Origin: Fibrobacteria bacterium
GTDB taxonomy: Bacteria > Fibrobacterota > Fibrobacteria > UBA11236 > JADFYW01
Direction of reading: 5' to 3'
Assembly: GCA_965261055.1 (NCBI GenBank)
Contig: OZ253440.1
Coordinates: forward strand, 894,301 to 958,300
DNA: 64,000 bases
The stretch's first letter is position 1, and each line of letters opens with the position of its first letter. Positions 30,193 through 40,906 of the stretch are shown one piece after another. Under the pieces are notes generated by a model. That model was not told the origin of the DNA and did no database searches. It saw only the letters and a list, made by a program, of their open reading frames with translations. The translations under genes were made by a program, and so were the position numbers.

Positions 30193-31212
30193 ATGTCAAC
30201 AAATCATAAACATCATTTCTTCAGCCCTGACAGACCTCGTCGTAACCGTAAAACAGCTAATATTCAAAAACTATTGCAAGAAACACACCTTAGAGTAGAT
30301 AATTTTATTGTTCCACTCTTCGTACAGGAAGGTCAAAATCAAAAGACATCTATTTCTTCAATGCCAAACCAATATCGTTACAGCTTAGATTTACTACTGG
30401 ATGAAATACAAAAAATTGTAGATCAGGGAATTCTTTCTATTGTTCTTTTCCCATATTTATCAGCCGATAAAAAAGATCCTTTAGGATCTGAATCCTTAGA
30501 AATTAATGGACTTTACCCAACAACCATTGCAAATATTAAAAAACGGTTTCCAGATCTTACTATCATTAGTGATGTTGCTCTTGACCCTTATTCTAGTCAT
30601 GGCCATGATGGAATTGTTCGTGATGGTATTATTCAAAATGATGAGACCTTAGAACGACTAGCTCATATGAGCCTTCTCCATGCACAAGCAGGTGCTGATA
30701 TTGTAGCCCCATCCGATATGATGGATTCTCGTGTCTCTTTTATTCGTCAATTCTTAGACGATCAAAATTTTTCTAATACCAGCATTTTATCTTATGCAGT
30801 TAAATACGCTTCTGCTTTTTATGGTCCGTTTCGAGATGCATTAAATTCTACTCCAGTAAACCTAGATAATATCCCTAAAGATAAAACAACATACCAAATG
30901 AACCCAGCAAACTGTATTGAGGCAGTTCGAGAGGCTCTTTTAGATGTTCAAGAAGGAGCCGATATGCTCATGGTTAAACCCGCCTTACCCTACTTAGATA
31001 TTATTAAAACAATCAAAGAGAAAGTCTCCATTCCTATAAGTGCTTATCAAGTGAGCGGAGAATACGCAATGCTTAAAGCGGCTAGCCAAAATGGATGGAT
31101 TAACGAACAAGATGCAGTACTTGAAAGTCTTTTAAGTATTAAGAGAGCTGGAGCTGATTTTATTTTAACTTACTACGCAAAAGAGGCTACTCAATGGATT
31201 CAAAAAAAATAA
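30193..31212 (+). CDS. hemB: Porphobilinogen synthase
   Basis: RPRRNR, DVALDPYSSHGHDG (Asp-type, non-Zn site), APSDMMD, SAFYGPFRDA, MVKPALPYLD. Confidence 0.97.
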   Translation: MSTNHKHHFFSPDRPRRNRKTANIQKLLQETHLRVDNFIVPLFVQEGQNQKTSISSMPNQYRYSLDLLLDEIQKIVDQGILSIVLFPYLSADKKDPLGSESLEINGLYPTTIANIKKRFPDLTIISDVALDPYSSHGHDGIVRDGIIQNDETLERLAHMSLLHAQAGADIVAPSDMMDSRVSFIRQFLDDQNFSNTSILSYAVKYASAFYGPFRDALNSTPVNLDNIPKDKTTYQMNPANCIEAVREALLDVQEGADMLMVKPALPYLDIIKTIKEKVSIPISAYQVSGEYAMLKAASQNGWINEQDAVLESLLSIKRAGADFILTYYAKEATQWIQKK

Positions 31213-32687
31213 AAATAAGAACTCGATTTGCCCCTAGTCCTACTGGTGTTCTACATATTGGAGGAGCAAGAACCGCTCTTTTTAACTGGCTTTGGGCTAA
31301 GTCTCAAAACGGTAATTTTATTTTAAGGATAGAAGACACAGATCAAGATCGCTTCAGCTCTGAATCTCAAACTGAAATCATTAAAAATCTAAAATGGCTT
31401 GGCTTGGACTGGGATGAAGGTCTCCAAAATAATCTTCAAAAATACTCGGAAGGTCCATACCAGCCTTATACACAATCCCAACGTCTTCCTATTTACAAAG
31501 AACATATAGAAATCTTACTTAAAAAAGATAAAGCATACCATTGTTTCTGTACTCCAGAACAATTAGCTACAGTGAAAGAGGATCAAAAACGACAAAAGCT
31601 ATCAAAAACAGGATACAACCGCACTTGTCGGAATTTAACAGACAAACAAGTTCAAGAAAAATTAGATTCTAAAACTCCTTTTGTCACTCGTATGAAAACT
31701 CCTTTAGAGGGAGAAACTTCTTTTGAAGATTTCCTTAGAGGGACTATTACCTATGATAATCAAAACATTGATGACCTTGTTCTTTTTAAATCTAACGGTT
31801 TTCCATCTTATCATTTAGCAAATGTCGTTGATGACCACCTAATGGAAATTAGTCATGTACTAAGAGGAGAGGAATGGATTCCTAGTGCAGTTAAACATAT
31901 TTTACTTTATCAATACTTTAATTGGACACCTCCTATTTTTGTACACCTTCCTCTAATTCTTTCTCCACAAGGGGGAAAACTTAGTAAACGCCATGGAGCA
32001 ATTTCTATCTCTCATTATCAAGATGAAGGAATTACATCTGAAAGCTTGAATAATTATTTAGCACTTCTAGGTTGGAATCCAGGGAATAATCAAGAAATAA
32101 TGTCTAAACAAGAGCTCATTCAATTATTTTCATTAGATCGCATCCAACCTAAAGCCTGTACTTTTGATACAACAAAATTAAATTGGTTTAACCAACAGAA
32201 ATTTTTACAAACTCCCAATCAAATGTTTTTAAAACCAGTTGTAAAGTTATTTAAAGACAACCAAATTAAAATAAGTTCGGATCAAGCTAAACAAATTATT
32301 ATACTTCTAAAAGAACGTTGTCAAAAATTAGAAGATTTTTGGGAACAAGGTCGCTTTATCTTTGAAGACTTTAATGAATATAATCCCAATGCAGTAAAAA
32401 AAATATTTAAAAAAGATACACCTTCTATTCTAAAAATACTAATTACACAGTTTTCAAACCTTACTGAATTTACAAATTCTAACTTAGAAGAAATTTGTTT
32501 ATCTATCTCTAAAACTTTAGAAGTAGGCTTGGGGAAAATCAACAGCCCATTAAGACTTGCTATTTCTGGAACAAATTCAGGTCCTAGTCTTTTTCCTATG
32601 ATTTCATTTTTAGGCAAAAAAACAGTCTTAACCCGTCTAGAAAAAGCCATTATGTTTATTGAAAAAAAATATTCTGATTCTAGATAA
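31194..32687 (+). CDS. gltX: Glutamate--tRNA ligase
   Basis: RFAPSPTG.LHIG, LRIEDTD, VVDDH, RGEEW, KLSKR. Confidence 0.97.
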   Translation: MDSKKIKIRTRFAPSPTGVLHIGGARTALFNWLWAKSQNGNFILRIEDTDQDRFSSESQTEIIKNLKWLGLDWDEGLQNNLQKYSEGPYQPYTQSQRLPIYKEHIEILLKKDKAYHCFCTPEQLATVKEDQKRQKLSKTGYNRTCRNLTDKQVQEKLDSKTPFVTRMKTPLEGETSFEDFLRGTITYDNQNIDDLVLFKSNGFPSYHLANVVDDHLMEISHVLRGEEWIPSAVKHILLYQYFNWTPPIFVHLPLILSPQGGKLSKRHGAISISHYQDEGITSESLNNYLALLGWNPGNNQEIMSKQELIQLFSLDRIQPKACTFDTTKLNWFNQQKFLQTPNQMFLKPVVKLFKDNQIKISSDQAKQIIILLKERCQKLEDFWEQGRFIFEDFNEYNPNAVKKIFKKDTPSILKILITQFSNLTEFTNSNLEEICLSISKTLEVGLGKINSPLRLAISGTNSGPSLFPMISFLGKKTVLTRLEKAIMFIEKKYSDSR

Positions 32688-32691
32688 TTTC

Positions 32692-33078
32692 CTATGGTGT
32701 TAAAATAATTTCAATTTGAGTCAGAAGATTTTCGTCAATTAAATTAAGGTGTTCTACTTGTTTTTCAACAAACTGTCTACGAAAATCTAAAGCTTTTTCT
32801 TGTACCCAGTTTGATATAACTTGAGTACGATCTTTATCCTCACAAATATTTCTGTCTAAATCATACTTCATATAAGAAATTTGTAGTTCAAGAAACTCAC
32901 ACATATTTACAGGTTCATTAAACTCCAAAAGAAAGTTCTTAACCATCTCTACAGAGATATTATATTCTAAAGAAGGATAACTATAAAACTTTAAAATTTT
33001 CTCTCGATGTAATTTTAAAAAAGGTAAAAGTCCATCTAAAAAAATTTGAGGGTTAGATCTAATCTCATAAATAGGCAT
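32692..33078 (-). CDS. Hypothetical protein
   Basis: 128-aa ORF with ATG start 11 bp after the lysA stop; no recognised motif. Confidence 0.6.
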   Translation of the reverse strand: MPIYEIRSNPQIFLDGLLPFLKLHREKILKFYSYPSLEYNISVEMVKNFLLEFNEPVNMCEFLELQISYMKYDLDRNICEDKDRTQVISNWVQEKALDFRRQFVEKQVEHLNLIDENLLTQIEIILTP

Positions 33079-33088
33079 TAAAAAATCT

Positions 33089-34354
33089 CTAGTTAAAAAA
33101 CTTTAATTTATGTTCTATTTCATTACCTAAAAGTTGTTCAAAACTTTGACGCGAACGAATTAAATAACCTTTCTGATCTCTAATTAAGATTTCAGGAGCA
33201 AGCAAACGAGTATTATAATTAGATGACATCACTGCACCATAAGCACCTGTATCTCTAATAACAACAAAATCTCCTACTTTTGCATTTGGTAATTTACGTG
33301 TTTCTACAAGGCCACCTTCAGATTGAGTGAATACATCACATGATTCACATAAAGGTCCAGCGACAATAACATCTCGTTTTTCTTCCTCTTTGAATATTTC
33401 ACCAGATTTAGAACATATTTCAATTTGGTGGTACGCTCCGTACATCGCTGGTCTCACTAAATTATCAAAACCTGCATCAATTAAATAAAACCAATTGTTC
33501 TTCATTTTTTTAATTGAACAAATTTGAGCAATTAAGAAACCACTTTCTGCAACCAAATAACGACCTGGTTCGACCTCTAGTTTAACTTCAAAACCATTGA
33601 TCTCGGAAATTGCTTTCCTACTTTTCTCCCATAAATTATAATAATGTCGTAAATCAATACGATCTTCATTTTCGTGATAAGGAATAGGTAAACCACCACC
33701 TGCACTAATAAGTTTAAGATGCCCTTTTAGTTGGTGGCTTAATTGAATCATCGTATCACAAATTTGTGATAGATGTTCAAAATCAGCTCCTGAACCAATA
33801 TGAATATGTAATCCTACAATTTTTATACCGTGTTTTTCTGCCAAATCCAAACAATATTGAATATCTTCATACCAAATTCCATGCTTTGATAAATCACCTC
33901 CTGTATTTACTTTTTGAGAATGACCATGCCCAAAACCAGGATTAATACGAAGAATTACTGGACTATTTGGTGAAAATTCAGCTAATTGAGTTAACATATC
34001 AGGTGAACCAATATTGACCGGAGGAGAATATTTTTGAATTAATTTCTTAGCATCTCTATCAAACAAATCTGCTGTATAAACTACTTCAAAAGAATTTGGT
34101 CCAATTTTATAACCAGCTTCTATCGCTCTCAAAACTTCTCCAGCAGAAACAGCATCAACATAAACCCCCCATTTTCGCATGAGCTTTAAAATCGAAATAT
34201 TACTACATGCCTTTTGAGCGAAACGGACAACATCAAAAATTTGAACTTCTTCTACTCTTTTCTGCATGACTTCGTAATCATAAAAAAAAGCTGGTGTTTG
34301 ATACTTATTAATTAAGTTTAAAATATCTTGAGATTGTAATATTTTTTTTGACAT
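33089..34354 (-). CDS. lysA: Diaminopimelate decarboxylase
   Basis: VRFAQKACSN, HIHIGSG, GGG, EPGRYLVA, GPLCES.D, GAYG..MSSNYN. Confidence 0.96.
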   Translation of the reverse strand: MSKKILQSQDILNLINKYQTPAFFYDYEVMQKRVEEVQIFDVVRFAQKACSNISILKLMRKWGVYVDAVSAGEVLRAIEAGYKIGPNSFEVVYTADLFDRDAKKLIQKYSPPVNIGSPDMLTQLAEFSPNSPVILRINPGFGHGHSQKVNTGGDLSKHGIWYEDIQYCLDLAEKHGIKIVGLHIHIGSGADFEHLSQICDTMIQLSHQLKGHLKLISAGGGLPIPYHENEDRIDLRHYYNLWEKSRKAISEINGFEVKLEVEPGRYLVAESGFLIAQICSIKKMKNNWFYLIDAGFDNLVRPAMYGAYHQIEICSKSGEIFKEEEKRDVIVAGPLCESCDVFTQSEGGLVETRKLPNAKVGDFVVIRDTGAYGAVMSSNYNTRLLAPEILIRDQKGYLIRSRQSFEQLLGNEIEHKLKFFN

Positions 34355-34357
34355 GAT

Positions 34358-35359
34358 TTATTTGATTAACTCTTCTGCAATTTGAATTGCGTTTAAAGCA
34401 GCACCTTTTCTAATTTGATCACCCGTAACCCACATTTCAATAGCATTAGGATTTGAAACATCTTGTCGTACACGACCAACAAAAACAGGATCTTGACCTG
34501 AAACATCAATAGGCATAGGCCAACGATTACTTTCTCTATTTTCTAGAACTGTAACACCTTTTGCTGATTCTAATCCTTTATAGATCTCTTCTACCATTAC
34601 TGGTTGGTCAAATTCAATATTTAAACTTTTACAGTGAGCTCTTAAAACGGGAACACGCACACATGTTACTGATATTTTAAAATTAGGCTGATTCCAAATC
34701 TTTTGAGTTTCATTTACCATTTTCATTTCTTCTTCACAATAGCCATTTTCTGTCATTGGTGAATTATGAGGAAATAAATTAAACGCGTATTGATGAGGAA
34801 TAACTGTGCGGTCATAATTTTTATCGTCTAAGATAGCTTGCATTTCTTCTTTTAATTCTTGCATCGCTAAAGCACCTGCACCACTAGCAGCTTGGTATGT
34901 TGATACTACCAATCTTCTAATACCGTATTTTTTTTGTAGAGGCCATAAAGGAAGAAGCATAATAATTGTAGAACAATTAGGATTAGCAATAATCCCTTTG
35001 TGATTCTTTATTTCTTGAGAGTTAATTTCTGGTATAACCAATGGAACATTTGAGTCCATTCGAAAATGAGATGTATTGTCAATAACAACTGCTCCAGCTT
35101 TAACAGCAGAGGGAGCATATTCCGCACTCAAACTACCTCCAGCGGATGCCAAAACAATATCTACATTTTCAAAGCTATTATGCGTTAGCTCCTTTACAGT
35201 TATTTCTTTGCCTTGATAATTAATCACTTTACCTTTTGAGCGAACAGATGCTAATAAAGTCAACTCTCCTAAAGGAAAGTTTCTTTCACTTAGTAAATTT
35301 AATAATTCTTGTCCTACAATCCCCGTAGAACCCATAATTGCTACATTCTGTCTTTTCAT
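34358..35359 (-). CDS. asd: Aspartate-semialdehyde dehydrogenase
   Basis: GSTGIVG, IANPNCST, STYQAASGAG, CVRVPV, DQIRKGAALN; ATG at 35359. Confidence 0.96.
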   Translation of the reverse strand: MKRQNVAIMGSTGIVGQELLNLLSERNFPLGELTLLASVRSKGKVINYQGKEITVKELTHNSFENVDIVLASAGGSLSAEYAPSAVKAGAVVIDNTSHFRMDSNVPLVIPEINSQEIKNHKGIIANPNCSTIIMLLPLWPLQKKYGIRRLVVSTYQAASGAGALAMQELKEEMQAILDDKNYDRTVIPHQYAFNLFPHNSPMTENGYCEEEMKMVNETQKIWNQPNFKISVTCVRVPVLRAHCKSLNIEFDQPVMVEEIYKGLESAKGVTVLENRESNRWPMPIDVSGQDPVFVGRVRQDVSNPNAIEMWVTGDQIRKGAALNAIQIAEELIK

Positions 35360-35493
35360 AGACTCTAATCTAGAAAATTCCAAATTCAAAATAAAGAAAT
35401 GAAATCATTTTTAATCTTTCAATATTTGTAAATTTATTTCAAAAACTAAAATAACCACTTTTAGTCAGCACCTAACGAAATAAAAAATTAAAA

Positions 35494-38400
35494 ATGATAT
35501 TACAACAATACATTGATAACATAAATCAGAGATATAAGCTCGGAAATGCTACCGAGCATACTTTTAGAGGTGACTTGCAACAACTCATTGAAGGTTTAGC
35601 CCCAGAAGTAAGAGCAACTAACGAACCGAAAAGACAATCTTGCGGAGCACCTGACTACATATTGACTAAACAAGATATTCCTGTTGGCTTTATTGAAGCA
35701 AAAGACATTGGCGACAAAGACCTTGAAGGAAAAAAGAGATCAGTAAACAAAGAACAATTTGACCGATACAAAGCATCATTAGACAATCTGATTTTCACCG
35801 ATTACATAGATTTTCATGTATACAATGACGGGAAGTTTATCACAAAAATTGCTATTGCAGAAATAACAGAAAAAGGAATTAGTGCGCTCCCTCAAAATTT
35901 TGGAACGTTTGAAAATCTTATCAAAGACTTCTGTACTCACATTGGACAAAACATAAAAAGTTCAAAAAAATTAGCAGAAATGATGGCAGGAAAAGCCCGT
36001 CTTCTTTCTGATGTTATTGAAAAGGCCTTGACCAGTGACGAAACGCACAATGAAGACAGTACTTTAAAGGAGCAAATGACAGCCTTTAAAAGTATTTTGA
36101 TTCACGACATTACTCCTAAAGGATTTGCAGATGTTTATGCTCAAACTATTGCTTATGGAATGTTTGCTGCTCGTTTGCACGATCCAACGTTAGATACTTT
36201 TAGCAGACAAGAAGCAGCGGAATTAATACCCAAATCAAATCCGTTTTTAAGAAAATTGTTTGGCTACATAGCCGGTCCCGATATTGACGACCGAATTAAA
36301 TGGATTGTAGATAATTTGGCGGAAATATTTTTAGCCTGTAACGTTGAAGAAATTCTAAAAAACTACGGAAAGACTACAAAAATGGAAGACCCTATCATCC
36401 ATTTTTATGAAACATTCTTGGCGGAATATGATCCTAAATTGAGAAAAGCAAGAGGTGTTTGGTACACTCCTGCTCCAGTTGTAAAATTCATTGTTCGTGC
36501 GGTTGACGATATTTTAAAAACAGAATTTGAATTACCACAAGGGTTAGCGGATACTTCTAAAACAAAAATTACTGTAAATACACAAATTACTGACAAGCAT
36601 TCTGCAACTGGCTACAAGCAAATGGAACAAGAAGTACACAAAGTACAAATTCTTGACCCAGCCACAGGAACAGGAACTTTTTTAGCGGAAGTAATAAAAC
36701 ACATAAACAAGAAATTTAAAGGTCAAGAAGGAATTTGGAGCAGTTATGTAGAAAATAATTTACTCCCGCGCTTAAACGGTTTTGAGTTACTGATGGCAAG
36801 TTATGCTATGGCACATTTGCAATTGGATTTGTTGCTAAAAGAAACGGGATTTAAACCAACAAAAGACCAACGGACACGAGTTTACCTGACCAATAGTTTA
36901 GAGGAACATCACCCAGATACAGGAACTTTATTTGCCAACTGGTTAAGTAGTGAAGCTAATGAAGCCAACCATATAAAACGTGATACACCTGTTATGTGTG
37001 TAATTGGGAATCCACCTTACAGTGGTGAAAGTGCTAACAAAGGTGATTGGATTATGAGCTTGATGCAAGACTACAAAAAAGAACCCGGAGGAAAAGAAAA
37101 ACTAAAAGAACGAAACCCAAAATGGATAAATGATGATTATGTAAAGTTTTTACGTTATGGTCAACATTTTATTGAGAAAAACGGAAGTGGTGTTTTAGCT
37201 TTCATAAACCCTCACGGATTTTTAGATAACCCAACTTTTAGAGGTATGCGTTGGAATTTACTTAAAACGTATGATAAAATTTATACCATAGATTTACACG
37301 GAAATAGCAATAAGCAAGAAAAATGCCCGGACGGAAGCCCAGACTTTAATGTGTTTGACATCCAACAAGGTGTATCAATAAACTTATTCGTAAAAACAGG
37401 TATAAAAGCCAATAATAAACTAGGCCAAGTGTTTCAAGTTGATTTATATGGTAAAAGAGAACAGAAATATAAGTTTTTACTAGAAAATTCATTCTCTAGT
37501 ATCAATTTTAATGAAGTACCTGCAAAAGCACCGAATTATAATTTTGTTTTAAAGGACGAAAATAAATATGACCAATACACAAATGGATTTTCAATAAATA
37601 CTTTGTTTAAAGTGAATGGCGTAGGTTTAACGACTGCACATGACGACTTTGTGATAAAAATGGATAAAAAACCACTTCTTGAAATGTATCAAGATTTTCA
37701 AAGTTCCGAACGAAATGCAGAATTACTTCATGAAAAGTTCAATGTCAGAAAAAAAACAGGGTGGAACATATTAGAGGGATATGATAATATAAAAAAGGAA
37801 AGCGACTTAAAAAAATACATTTATCCTATTTCTTATCGTCCGTTTGACAATAGGTATGTTTTTTACGAAGATAAACTTGTTTGGAGAACTGTTAGAAAAG
37901 TAATGTGTCATTTTCTGCATGGAAACAATTTAGGTATAGTGTTTCGTAGGCAACAACCTGAGTCATTGGACTTATATGTTTTCTGTTCTAAGGAAATTGT
38001 TGCTGATGGATACATTAGGTCAGATAACAAAGGTGGAGAAAGCATTGCTCCACTTTATCTTTATCCCGAAACAAATGGTCAAAAATCTATTGAAGCAACC
38101 ACAGAAAGAACCCCAAATCTAAACCGAGATATTGTAAAAGAAATTGCTAAAATTTTAGATTTAACATTCACAAATGAGAAAGAACAAACGGAAAACACTT
38201 TTTCCCCCATTGATATTTTAGATTTCATCTATGCGGTGTTGCATTCCCCAACTTACAGAGAAAAATACAAAGAATTTCTAAAAATAGATTTCCCAAAAGT
38301 GCCTTTTCCAAAAGACAAAAATATTTTTTGGGAATTGGTAAAATTAGGTGGAGAAATAAGACAACTACATTTATTAGAATCTCCAAAAGTGGAGGAATAC

Positions 38401-38709
38401 ATCACAAGCTACCCAAAAGATGGGGATAACATTATCACAACAAGGATTGGAAAAAAAAATTGGGAATTAATTGATAAGGAAAAGCAATTGGGCAGAATAT
38501 GGATAAATGATGAGCAGTATTTTGACAACATACCGCTAACTGCTTGGGAATTTTACATTGGTGGTTACCAGCCTGCTCAAAAATGGCTAAAAGACCGTAA
38601 AGAAAGAACCTTAAATTTTGATGATATTTTGCATTATCAGAAAATCGTAGTCGCCCTTTCCGAAACAGATAGACTGATGAAAAAAATTGACAAAATTGAG
38701 ATTGAATAA
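35494..38709 (+). CDS. Single-polypeptide restriction-modification enzyme (Type IIG/IIL-like: nuclease, N6-adenine MTase and Type ISP-like specificity domain)
   Basis: PD-x12-EAK nuclease motif (PDYILTKQDIPVGFIEAK), RGVWYTP, ILDPATGTGTFL, GNPPY, YRPFD; no helicase motifs. Confidence 0.88.
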   Translation: MILQQYIDNINQRYKLGNATEHTFRGDLQQLIEGLAPEVRATNEPKRQSCGAPDYILTKQDIPVGFIEAKDIGDKDLEGKKRSVNKEQFDRYKASLDNLIFTDYIDFHVYNDGKFITKIAIAEITEKGISALPQNFGTFENLIKDFCTHIGQNIKSSKKLAEMMAGKARLLSDVIEKALTSDETHNEDSTLKEQMTAFKSILIHDITPKGFADVYAQTIAYGMFAARLHDPTLDTFSRQEAAELIPKSNPFLRKLFGYIAGPDIDDRIKWIVDNLAEIFLACNVEEILKNYGKTTKMEDPIIHFYETFLAEYDPKLRKARGVWYTPAPVVKFIVRAVDDILKTEFELPQGLADTSKTKITVNTQITDKHSATGYKQMEQEVHKVQILDPATGTGTFLAEVIKHINKKFKGQEGIWSSYVENNLLPRLNGFELLMASYAMAHLQLDLLLKETGFKPTKDQRTRVYLTNSLEEHHPDTGTLFANWLSSEANEANHIKRDTPVMCVIGNPPYSGESANKGDWIMSLMQDYKKEPGGKEKLKERNPKWINDDYVKFLRYGQHFIEKNGSGVLAFINPHGFLDNPTFRGMRWNLLKTYDKIYTIDLHGNSNKQEKCPDGSPDFNVFDIQQGVSINLFVKTGIKANNKLGQVFQVDLYGKREQKYKFLLENSFSSINFNEVPAKAPNYNFVLKDENKYDQYTNGFSINTLFKVNGVGLTTAHDDFVIKMDKKPLLEMYQDFQSSERNAELLHEKFNVRKKTGWNILEGYDNIKKESDLKKYIYPISYRPFDNRYVFYEDKLVWRTVRKVMCHFLHGNNLGIVFRRQQPESLDLYVFCSKEIVADGYIRSDNKGGESIAPLYLYPETNGQKSIEATTERTPNLNRDIVKEIAKILDLTFTNEKEQTENTFSPIDILDFIYAVLHSPTYREKYKEFLKIDFPKVPFPKDKNIFWELVKLGGEIRQLHLLESPKVEEYITSYPKDGDNIITTRIGKKNWELIDKEKQLGRIWINDEQYFDNIPLTAWEFYIGGYQPAQKWLKDRKERTLNFDDILHYQKIVVALSETDRLMKKIDKIEIE

Positions 38710-38710
38710 A

Positions 38711-39121
38711 ATGCAAAAATATTTAGAACAAAATACTAATGAAAAACAAATTCAATGGATATCAAAACATGGCGTTGAAAATAAAGATTCCCAAGAACAA
38801 AATAAACTTATACCATCGTCAAAAAAAAGAAAAAAAAGAAAAAAAGAAGTATTTATCTCAAACGAAACCAAAGTGGATATAGAAATAGATTTACATAATG
38901 AAAGCATTCCAGAAGCAATTGCCAAAGTAGAAATGGAAATCAATGTACATTTAAAAACTCAATTTAAAAAAATCAAAATTATCCACGGAAAAAGCAATTC
39001 ATCAATCCAATCTATCGGTTATCAAATTGAAAACCATATACAAACAAAATGGAAAAAGTATATCGTAAACTTCTATCAAGAACCATATAATGAAGGTTCA
39101 ACAATTATTATTTTAAAGTAA
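38711..39121 (+). CDS. Smr/MutS2 C-terminal domain protein
   Basis: EIDLHN, KIIHGKS, NEGSTIIIL; ATG at 38711, 1 bp after the RM stop. Confidence 0.8.
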   Translation: MQKYLEQNTNEKQIQWISKHGVENKDSQEQNKLIPSSKKRKKRKKEVFISNETKVDIEIDLHNESIPEAIAKVEMEINVHLKTQFKKIKIIHGKSNSSIQSIGYQIENHIQTKWKKYIVNFYQEPYNEGSTIIILK

Positions 39122-39132
39122 TAATAAAAGAT

Positions 39133-40179
39133 CTATCTTTGTAGCTTTTTATGAGCAGACAAAATCAACTCTTCAGTAGTTTCCCAACTAACACAAGCAT
39201 CCGTAATTGAAATACCTCTCTTGAGTGTTTCTTTATTTACAAATTTTTGATTGCCTTCAAACAAATTACTTTCAAGCATAATACCAACTAAAGATGCTTG
39301 GCCTTTTACTTTTTGATTAATAATATCATTCCAAACTATAGGCTGATTATTGAAATCTTTATTAGAATTGGCATGACTACAATCAACCATAAGACCAAGA
39401 TCTATTTTAGATGATTGTAGTTTCTCAACTGCATCGTTAATATGGTTTTCTTGGTAATTAGGTCCTTGATTTCCTCCTCTAAGAACAATATGTCCCCAAA
39501 GATTTCCCGCCGTTTGAACAACACAAGCTTGACCTTCTTCATTTACACCTAGAAAAGTATGCGATTTTTGGACTGATTGTATTGCATCAATACAAATTTG
39601 TAAATTACCATCAGTTCCATTCTTAAAGCCAACAGGCATTGATAAACCACTTGCCATCTCTCTATGTGTTTGTGATTCAGTCGTTCTAGCTCCAATTGCA
39701 GTCCAGCTAATCATGTTAGCAATATATTGAGGGATAATAGGATCTAACAATTCTGTAGCAATAGGTAAATTCAATTCAGAAATATCAACTAATAATTGTC
39801 TAGCCTTTCTTATACCACCAACAACATCAAAGCTATTGTCCAAATGAGGATCATTAATAAGACCTTTCCACCCCACAGTCGTTCTAGGTTTCTCAAAATA
39901 CACCCTCATAACTAAAAAAATCGTATCTTTTACCTTTTCTTGTAAAGCTTGTAAACGCTTTGCATACTCTAGAGCGGCTTCTGAATCATGAATAGAACAA
40001 GGTCCAACAATGGCCAAAAGTCGCAAATCTTTTTTATTTAAAATACCTTTAATTGTTTCGCGTGAGCGAACCACCATTTCTTTAGCTTTTTTAGAGAAAA
40101 TTATCTCATCTCTTAATTTTTGGGGAGAGGGTAACAAATCTAAATGTTGGATGTTAACATCCTGTAAAGAAGTTCTCAT
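39133..40179 (-). CDS. DAHP synthase class I-alpha (AroF/AroG type)
   Basis: GPCSIHD, RVYFEKPRTTVGWKG, IGARTTESQ, GFKNGTDG, DCSHANS, SITDAC. Confidence 0.96.
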   Translation of the reverse strand: MRTSLQDVNIQHLDLLPSPQKLRDEIIFSKKAKEMVVRSRETIKGILNKKDLRLLAIVGPCSIHDSEAALEYAKRLQALQEKVKDTIFLVMRVYFEKPRTTVGWKGLINDPHLDNSFDVVGGIRKARQLLVDISELNLPIATELLDPIIPQYIANMISWTAIGARTTESQTHREMASGLSMPVGFKNGTDGNLQICIDAIQSVQKSHTFLGVNEEGQACVVQTAGNLWGHIVLRGGNQGPNYQENHINDAVEKLQSSKIDLGLMVDCSHANSNKDFNNQPIVWNDIINQKVKGQASLVGIMLESNLFEGNQKFVNKETLKRGISITDACVSWETTEELILSAHKKLQR

Positions 40180-40189
40180 ATTTTTATAG

Positions 40190-40891
40190 CTAATTAATAA
40201 TAATCAGGATACGACGATTTCGTTCCCTATTCTTAGGAATACCTTTTCCAAGTTCATCCTTATTTGGAACTAATGGTTTAGTATCGGCGTATCCAGAGGC
40301 GAATAACCTTTTTGGTTCTAAACCTTCCTCAATCATATCTCTTACAATAACCGTAGCTCTTGAAACAGAAAGTTCCCAGTTAGATGGAAAACGCACACTA
40401 TTAATGGGAATATCATCAGTATGACCTTCAACATTAACAGTGAATGGATAATAATCTATTTCTTTAACTGCTTTTGAAATTTTGTCAAGAATCACTTTAG
40501 TAGAAGCTTTTAAATCAGCACTCCCTAAAGTATACAAAGCAGCACTAGTAAAATTTAAAGTTACACCTTCAAATTCTAAATCAACATTTACAATTTTAGC
40601 TTTCCTCTCTTCCAATAACAAAGAGTCTAATGTTCTCTTAATATCAGCTAAAGGTGTTCGTATTGGTTTCTCTGAGTTAGCTAAACTTCCCGCCACACTG
40701 GCTTTAAACTGTTCAAAAAACCCTAAATCAATCTTAGAAATGGCAAAGAAAACAACAAAAAAAACCAACAATAAACTGACTACATCGGAATAAGTAATAA
40801 GCCACGATTCATCAACTAGTGTGCCACCTTCTGAAGATCCTTCCAATAAACTATCAAAAGTAGAAGATTTCTGTTTTTGATTCAGATTCAT
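40190..40891 (-). CDS. motB: MotB/PomB-type stator subunit with OmpA-like peptidoglycan-binding domain
   Basis: WLITYSDVVSLLLVFFV (essential Asp), VEGHTDDIP, FPSNWELSVSRA, GYADTKP, NRRI. Confidence 0.92.
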   Translation of the reverse strand: MNLNQKQKSSTFDSLLEGSSEGGTLVDESWLITYSDVVSLLLVFFVVFFAISKIDLGFFEQFKASVAGSLANSEKPIRTPLADIKRTLDSLLLEERKAKIVNVDLEFEGVTLNFTSAALYTLGSADLKASTKVILDKISKAVKEIDYYPFTVNVEGHTDDIPINSVRFPSNWELSVSRATVIVRDMIEEGLEPKRLFASGYADTKPLVPNKDELGKGIPKNRERNRRILIIIN

Positions 40892-40906
40892 AAAGTACTC
40901 TAAAAT

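Noticed and set aside
35400..35493. Integron attC-like site before the RM gene (CCTAAC)
   Set aside because: No matching GTTRRRY partner or hairpin, and no integrase
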